A stretch of 64,000 bases of DNA from the human T2T-CHM13v2.0 reference genome, Homo sapiens: the NCBI RefSeq assembly GCF_009914755.1, contig NC_060939.1; one strand, given 5' to 3'. Made by a program: the position numbers and the translations under genes. The notes below the pieces were generated by a model. It saw nothing but the letters and a program-made list of their open reading frames with translations, had not been told where the DNA came from and did not search any database. The number at the start of each line of letters is the position of its first letter. The stretch's first letter is position 1. Shown piece by piece: positions 58,301 through 64,000 of the stretch.

Positions 58301-59420
58301 CGAATCAATTACATTGCAATCCATTACTATTGAGTCCATTTTATTCCAGTCCACTGCATTCTGGTCCATTCCATTTGATTCCATTCCATTCTATTCCATT
58401 CCATACAGTTGCATTCCATTGGATTCCATTGTATATCTATAAATTCAATTCGAGACCATTGCTTTTGAGTCCATTCTATATGATTCCATTCCATTCAAGT
58501 CCATTACATTTGGTTCAATTCCATTCCATTCCATTCCCTTCCATTCCATTCCAGTTGATATCAATCCATTCGATTCCATTCCATTCGAGCACATTCCATT
58601 CGAGTCCATTCCATTCGATGCCATTCCATTTGATTCTATTCCATTAGTCTCCATTCAATTCCATTAATCTCCATTCCATTCCATTCTACTCCAACTGATT
58701 CCATTCCATTCTATTCCTTTCCATTCCATTTCATTCCATTCCATTCCATTCCATTCGTGTCCATTCCACTCCAGTCCATTCCATTCGTATCCATTCCATT
58801 CCAGTCCATTCCATTTGTGTCCACTGCATTCCATTCCACTCCATTCCATATTATTCCATTACACTCCATTCCATTCTATTACTTTCATTTCCATTCAATT
58901 CCATTCCATTTGATTCCATTCCACTCGGTTTCATTCCATTTGAGTCCACTCCATTCCATTCCATTCCATTCAGTTCCATTCCATTCTGTTCCATTCCATT
59001 CCGTTCCATTACATTCCATTCCATTCGGTACCATTCCATATTGTTCCATTCGATTCCATTCGAATCCATTCCATTCCAGTCCATTCCATTCGATTCCATT
59101 CCATTCATTTCAATTCCATTCCATTCCATTCCATTACATTCCACTTGATTCCTCTCCATTCCCTTCCACTGCATTCCGTTCGATTCCATTCCATTGCATT
59201 GCATTCCATTCCATTGGATTGCATTCCATTCGATTCCATTCCATTCGAATCAATTACATAGCAATCCATTACATTCGAGTCTATTCTCTTCCGTTCCATT
59301 CAATTTCGTTCCAATCCATTCGATTCCATTCCATTCGATTCCATTCCATACTATTGCATTCCATTCGATTACATTATATTCGAATAAGTTCCATTCAAGA
59401 CCATTTCTTTTGAGTCCATT
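52315..59420 (+). repeat. Recent tandem duplication of a two-unit block (2 x 3553 bp)
   Basis: Unit lengths are 1779, 1774, 1779, 1774. Variants shared at offset 3553: CCTTTCAATTCC, TACTTTCTTTTCCATTCAATTTCATTCC, GTCCGATCCA, GAGTCATTTCCATCCC and CATTCAATTTCGTTCC. Confidence 0.92.
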
Positions 59421-62400
59421 CTATTTGAGTCCATTCCCTTTGATTCCATAACATTTGAGTCCATTCAATTCCATTCCTTTCGTTTCCATTCCATTTGATG
59501 CCATTCCATTCAATTCTGTTCTACTCGACTCCAATACATTCAATTCCATTCCATCCGATTCCATTACATTCTTTTCATTTCTTATCCATTTCAAGCCATT
59601 CCACTCCATTCCATTCCACTCGTTTCCTTTCCATTCGAGTCCATTCCTCTCCAGTCCATTCCGTTCAATCCATTCCATTCCAGTCCATTCCATTCGAGTC
59701 CATTCCATTCCAGTCCATTCCATTCGAGTCAATTCCATCCCATTCGATGTCTTTCCATAACGATCCATTCCATTCTATTCCTTTCGATTCCATTCCATTC
59801 TATTTCATTCCATTCGATTCCCTTCCATTGGACTCCTTTCCATTCGAGTGCATTCCATTCCGTTCCATTTCTTTCCGTTCTGTACGATTCCTACCGTTCG
59901 ATTTCATTTTCTTCCAGTCCATTCTTTCGCGTCCATTCCATTCCATTTCACTCCATTCGATTCCATTCCACTCGATTCCACTTCGTTCCATTTCATTGCA
60001 TTCCATTCTATTCAACTCTATTGCCTTCCATTCCATTCCATTCGATTACATTCCATGCGATTCCATTCGAAATCGAATCAATTACATTGCAATCCATTAC
60101 TATTGAGTCCGTTTTATTCCAGTCCACTGCATTCTGGTCCATTCCATTTGATTCCATTCCATTCTATTCCATTCCATACAGTTGCATTCCATTGGATTCC
60201 ATGCTATATCTATAAATTCAATTCGAGACCATTGCTTTTGAGTCTATTCTATATGATTCCATTCCATTCAAGTCCATTACATTTGGTTAAATTCCATTCC
60301 ATTCGGTTCAATTCCATTCCATTCCATTCCCTTCCATTCCATTCCAGTTGATATCAATCCATTCGATTCCATTCCATTCGAGCACATTCCATTCGAGTCC
60401 ATTCCATTCGATGCCATTCCATTTGATTCTATTCCATTAGTCTCCATTCAATTCCATTAATCTCCATTCCATTCCATTCTACTCCAACTGATTCCATTCC
60501 ATTCTATTCCTTTCCATTCCATTTCATTCCATTCCATTCCATTCCATTTCGTTCCATTCCATTCGTGTCCATTCCACTCCAGTCCATTCCATTCGTATCC
60601 ATTCCATTCCAGTCCATTCCATTTGTGTCCACTGCATTCCATTCCACTCCATTCCATATTATTCCATTACACTCCATTCCATTCTATTACTTTCATTTCC
60701 ATTCAATTCCATTCCATTTGATTCCATTCCACTCGGTTTCATTCCATTTGAGTCCACTCCATTCCATTCCATTCCATTCAGTTCCATTCCATTCTGTTCC
60801 ATTCCATTCCGTTCCATTACATTCCATTCCATTCGGTACCATTCCATATTGTTCCATTCGATTCCATTCGAATCCATTCCATTCCAGTCCATTCCATTCG
60901 ATTCCATTCCATTCATTTCAATTCCATTCCATTCCATTCCATTACATTCCACTTGATTCCTCTCCATTCCCTTCCACTGCATTCCGTTCGATTCCATTCC
61001 ATTGCATTGCATTCCATTCCATTGGATTGCATTCCATTCGATTCCATTCCATTCGAATCAATTACATAGCAATCCATTACATTCGAGTCTATTCTCTTCC
61101 GTTCCATTCGATTTCGTTCCAATCCATTCGATTCCATTCCATTCGATTCCATTCCATACTATTGCATTCCATTCGATTACATTATATTCGAATAAGTTCC
61201 ATTCAAGACCATTTCTTTTGAGTCCATTTTATTTGAGTCCATTCCCTTTGATTCCATAACATTTGAGTCCATTCAATTCCATTCCTTTCGTTTCCATTCC
61301 ATTTGATGCCATTCCATTCAATTCTGTTCTACTCGACTCCAATACATTCAATTCCATTCCATCCGATTCCATTACATTCTTTTCATTTCTTATCCATTTC
61401 AAGCCATTCCACTCCATTCCATTCCACTCGTTTCCTTTCCATTCGAGTCCATTCCTCTCCAGTCCATTCCATTCAATCCATTCCATTCCAGTCCATTCCA
61501 TTCGAGTCCGTTCCATTCCAGTCCATTCCATTCGAGTCAATTCCATCCCATTCGATGTCTTTCCATAACGATCCATTCCATTCTATTCCTTTCGATTCCA
61601 TTCCATTCTATTTCATTTCATTCGATTCCCTTCCATTGGACTCCTTTCCATTCGAGTGCATTCCATTCCGTTCCATTTCTTTCCGTTCTGTACGATTCCT
61701 ACCGTTCGATTTCATTTTGTTCCAGTCCATTCTTTCGCGTCCATTCCATTCCATTTCACTCCATTCGATTCCATTCCACTCGATTCCACTTCGTTCCATT
61801 TCATTGCATTCCATTCTATTCAACTCTATTGCCTTCCATTCCATTCCATTCGATTACATTCCATGCGATTCCATTCGAAATCGAATCAATTACATTGCAA
61901 TCCATTACTATTGAGTCCGTTTTATTCCAGTCCACTGCATTCTGGTCCATTCCATTTGATTCCATTCCATTCTATTCCATTCCATACAGATGCATTCCAT
62001 TGGATTCCATGCTATATCTATAAATTCAATTCGAGACCATTGTTTTTGAGTCCATTCTATATGATTCCATTCCATTCAAGTCCATTACATTTGGTTAAAT
62101 TCCATTCCATTCGGTTCAATTCCATTCCATTCCATTCCCTTCCATTCCATTCCAGTTGATATCAATCCATTCGATTCCATTCCATTCGAGCACATTCCAT
62201 TCGAGTCCATTCCATTCGATGCCATTCCATTTGATTCTATTCCATTAGTCTCCATTCAATTCCATTAATCTCCATTCCATTCCATTCTACTCCAACTGAT
62301 TCCATTCCATTCTATTCCTTTTTATTCCATTTCATTCCATTCCATTCCATTCCATTCGTGTCCATTCCACTCCAGTCCATTCCATTCGTATCCATTCCAT

Positions 62401-64000
62401 TCCAGTCCATTCCATTTGTGTCCACTGCATTCCATTCCACTCCATTCCATATTATTTCATTACACTCCATTCCATTCTATTACTTTCATTTCCATTCAAT
62501 TCCATTCCATTTGATTCCATTCCACTCGGTTTCATTCCATTTGAGTCCACTCCATTCCATTCCATTCCATTCAGTTCCATTCCATTCCATTCCGTTCCAT
62601 TACATTCCATTCCATTCGGTACCATTCCATATTGTTCCATTCGATTCCATTCGAATCCATTCCATTCCAGTCCATTCCATTCGATTCCATTCCATTCATT
62701 TCAATTCCATTCCATTCCATTCCATTACATTCCACTTGATTCCTCTCCATTCCCTTCCACTGCATTCCGTTCGATTCCATTCCATTGCATTGCATTCCAT
62801 TCCATTGGATTGCATTCCATTCGATTCCATTCCATTCGAATCAATTACATAGCAATCCATTACATTCGAGTCTATTCTCTTCCGTTCCATTCAATTTCGT
62901 TCCAATCCATTCGATTCCATTCCATTCAATTCCATTCCATACTATTGCATTCCATTCGATTACATTATATTCGAATAAGTTCCATTCAAGACCATTTCTT
63001 TTGAGTCCATTCTATTTGAGTCCATTCCCTTTGATTCCATAACATTTGAGTCCATTCAATTCCATTCCTTTCGTTTCCATTCCATTTGATGCCATTCCAT
63101 TCAATTCTGTTCTACTCGACTCCAATACATTCAATTCCATTCCATCCGATTCCATTACATTCTTTTCATTTCTTATCCATTTCAAGCCATTCCACTCCAT
63201 TCCATTCCACTCGTTTCCTTTCCATTCGAGTCCATTCCTCTCCAGTCCATTCCGTTCAATCCATTCCATTCCAGTCCATTCCATTCGAGTCCGTTCCATT
63301 CCAGTCCATTCCATTCGAGTCAATTCCATTCCATTCGATGTCTTTCCATAACGATCCATTCCATTCTATTCCTTTCGATTCCATTCCATTCTATTTCATT
63401 CCATTCGATTCCCTTCCATTGGACTCCTTTCCATTCGAGTGCATTCCATTCCTTTCCATTTCTTTCCGTTCTGTACGATTCCTACCGTTCGATTTCATTT
63501 TGTTCCAGTCCATTCCTTTCGCGTCCATTCCATTCCATTTCACTCCATTCGATTCCATTCCACTCGATTCCACTTCGTTCCATTTCATTGCATTCCATTC
63601 TATTCAACTCTATTGCCTTCCATTCCATTCCATTCGATTACATTCCATGCGATTCCATTCGAAATCGAATCAATTACATTGCAATCCATTACTATTGAGT
63701 CCGTTTTATTCCAGTCCACTGCATTCTGGTCCATTCCATTTGATTCCATTCCATTCTATTCCATTCCATACAGTTGCATTCCATTGGATTCCATGCTATA
63801 TCTATAAATTCAATTCGAGACCATTGCTTTTGAGTCCATTCTATATGATTCCATTCCATTCAAGTCCATTACATTTGGTTCAATTCCATTCCATTCCATT
63901 CCCTTCCATTCCATTCCATTTGATATCAATCCATTCGATTCCATTCCATTCGAGCACATTCCATTCGAGTCCATTCCATTCGATGCCATTCCATTTGATT

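Larger units (their letters stand above)
150..63011 (+). repeat. ~1.8 kb higher-order repeat, 35 complete tandem units (probably D15Z1, chr15p HSat3)
   Basis: The same landmark recurs at 150, 1953, 3730, 5509, 7293, 9091, 10845, 12653, 14451, 16250, 18053, 19856, 21659, 23462, 25265, 27068, 28872, 30675, 32483, 34291, 36114, 37888, 39696, 41504, 43287, 45096, 46890, 48679, 50492, 52315, 54094, 55868, 57647, 59421, 61229 and 63012 (spacing 1754-1823 bp). Once-per-unit motifs include CTGTACGATTCCTACCG, TTTCGCGTCC, TATATCTATAAATTC, GATATC, GAGCAC and GGTACC. A 1.8 kb KpnI period matches D15Z1 (established knowledge; not verified by alignment). Confidence 0.93.
1..64000 (+). repeat. Human satellite III (HSat3) array, degenerate (CATTC)n pentamer, C-rich strand on +
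   Basis: The sequence is CATTC pentamers end to end, with variants (CATTG, GATTC, GAGTC, CAGTC) and long pure CATTCCATTC runs typical of HSat3. It lacks the CATTCGATGATTCC-type motif of HSat2. There is no unique sequence and no orientation switch. Confidence 0.98.

Noticed and set aside
150-63807. Hundreds of ORFs (60-308 aa) on both strands, rich in HSIPF or MEWNG repeats
   Set aside because: They are direct translations of (CATTC)n/(GAATG)n, which has no stop codon in any frame. They overlap in all frames, are frameshifted freely between units by indels, and show no domain or gene structure.
1-64000. CRISPR-like or other repeat-spacer array
   Set aside because: There are no unique spacers; the entire 1.8 kb unit is repeated near-identically.
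1-64000. Assignment to DYZ1 (Yq12) or HSat2
   Set aside because: The basic period is ~1.8 kb, not ~3.6 kb; the 3553-bp period is only local. HSat2 also has a 1.8 kb unit on chr1, but it is rich in CATTCGATGATTCC-type motifs and lacks these long pure CATTC runs.
1-64000. Embedded transposon, inversion or unique-sequence insertion
   Set aside because: All 35 unit spacings fall within 1754-1823 bp. I saw no poly(A), Alu/L1 sequence or GGAAT-oriented tract on the + strand.
1-64000. G-quadruplex or i-motif
   Set aside because: Runs are almost all GG/CC dinucleotides, so there is no canonical G3+ motif. The known in vitro fold-back pairing of (GGAAT)n is a general property of HSat3 and not specific to this window.

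Overview
The whole 64 kb window is one uninterrupted, single-orientation array of human-type classical satellite III (HSat3): a degenerate (CATTC)n/(GGAAT)n pentamer organised into a ~1.8 kb higher-order unit. There are 35 complete copies of 1754-1823 bp plus partial ends. Nearly every copy carries one KpnI site (GGTACC), which matches the classical description of D15Z1, the 1.8 kb KpnI satellite III repeat of chromosome 15p; that locus assignment is an inference and needs alignment. I see no genes, RNA genes, transposon insertions, CRISPR array or inversions, and all ORFs in the track are artefacts of the pentamer. I did not find a new gene-encoded biological system. The information here is the array's recent history, readable from shared variants: two interleaved unit subtypes, nested 1-, 2-, 7-, 9/11- and 23-unit duplications, a 20-bp duplication at a lineage switch, one divergent unit, and an ancient ~975-bp internal homology within the unit.
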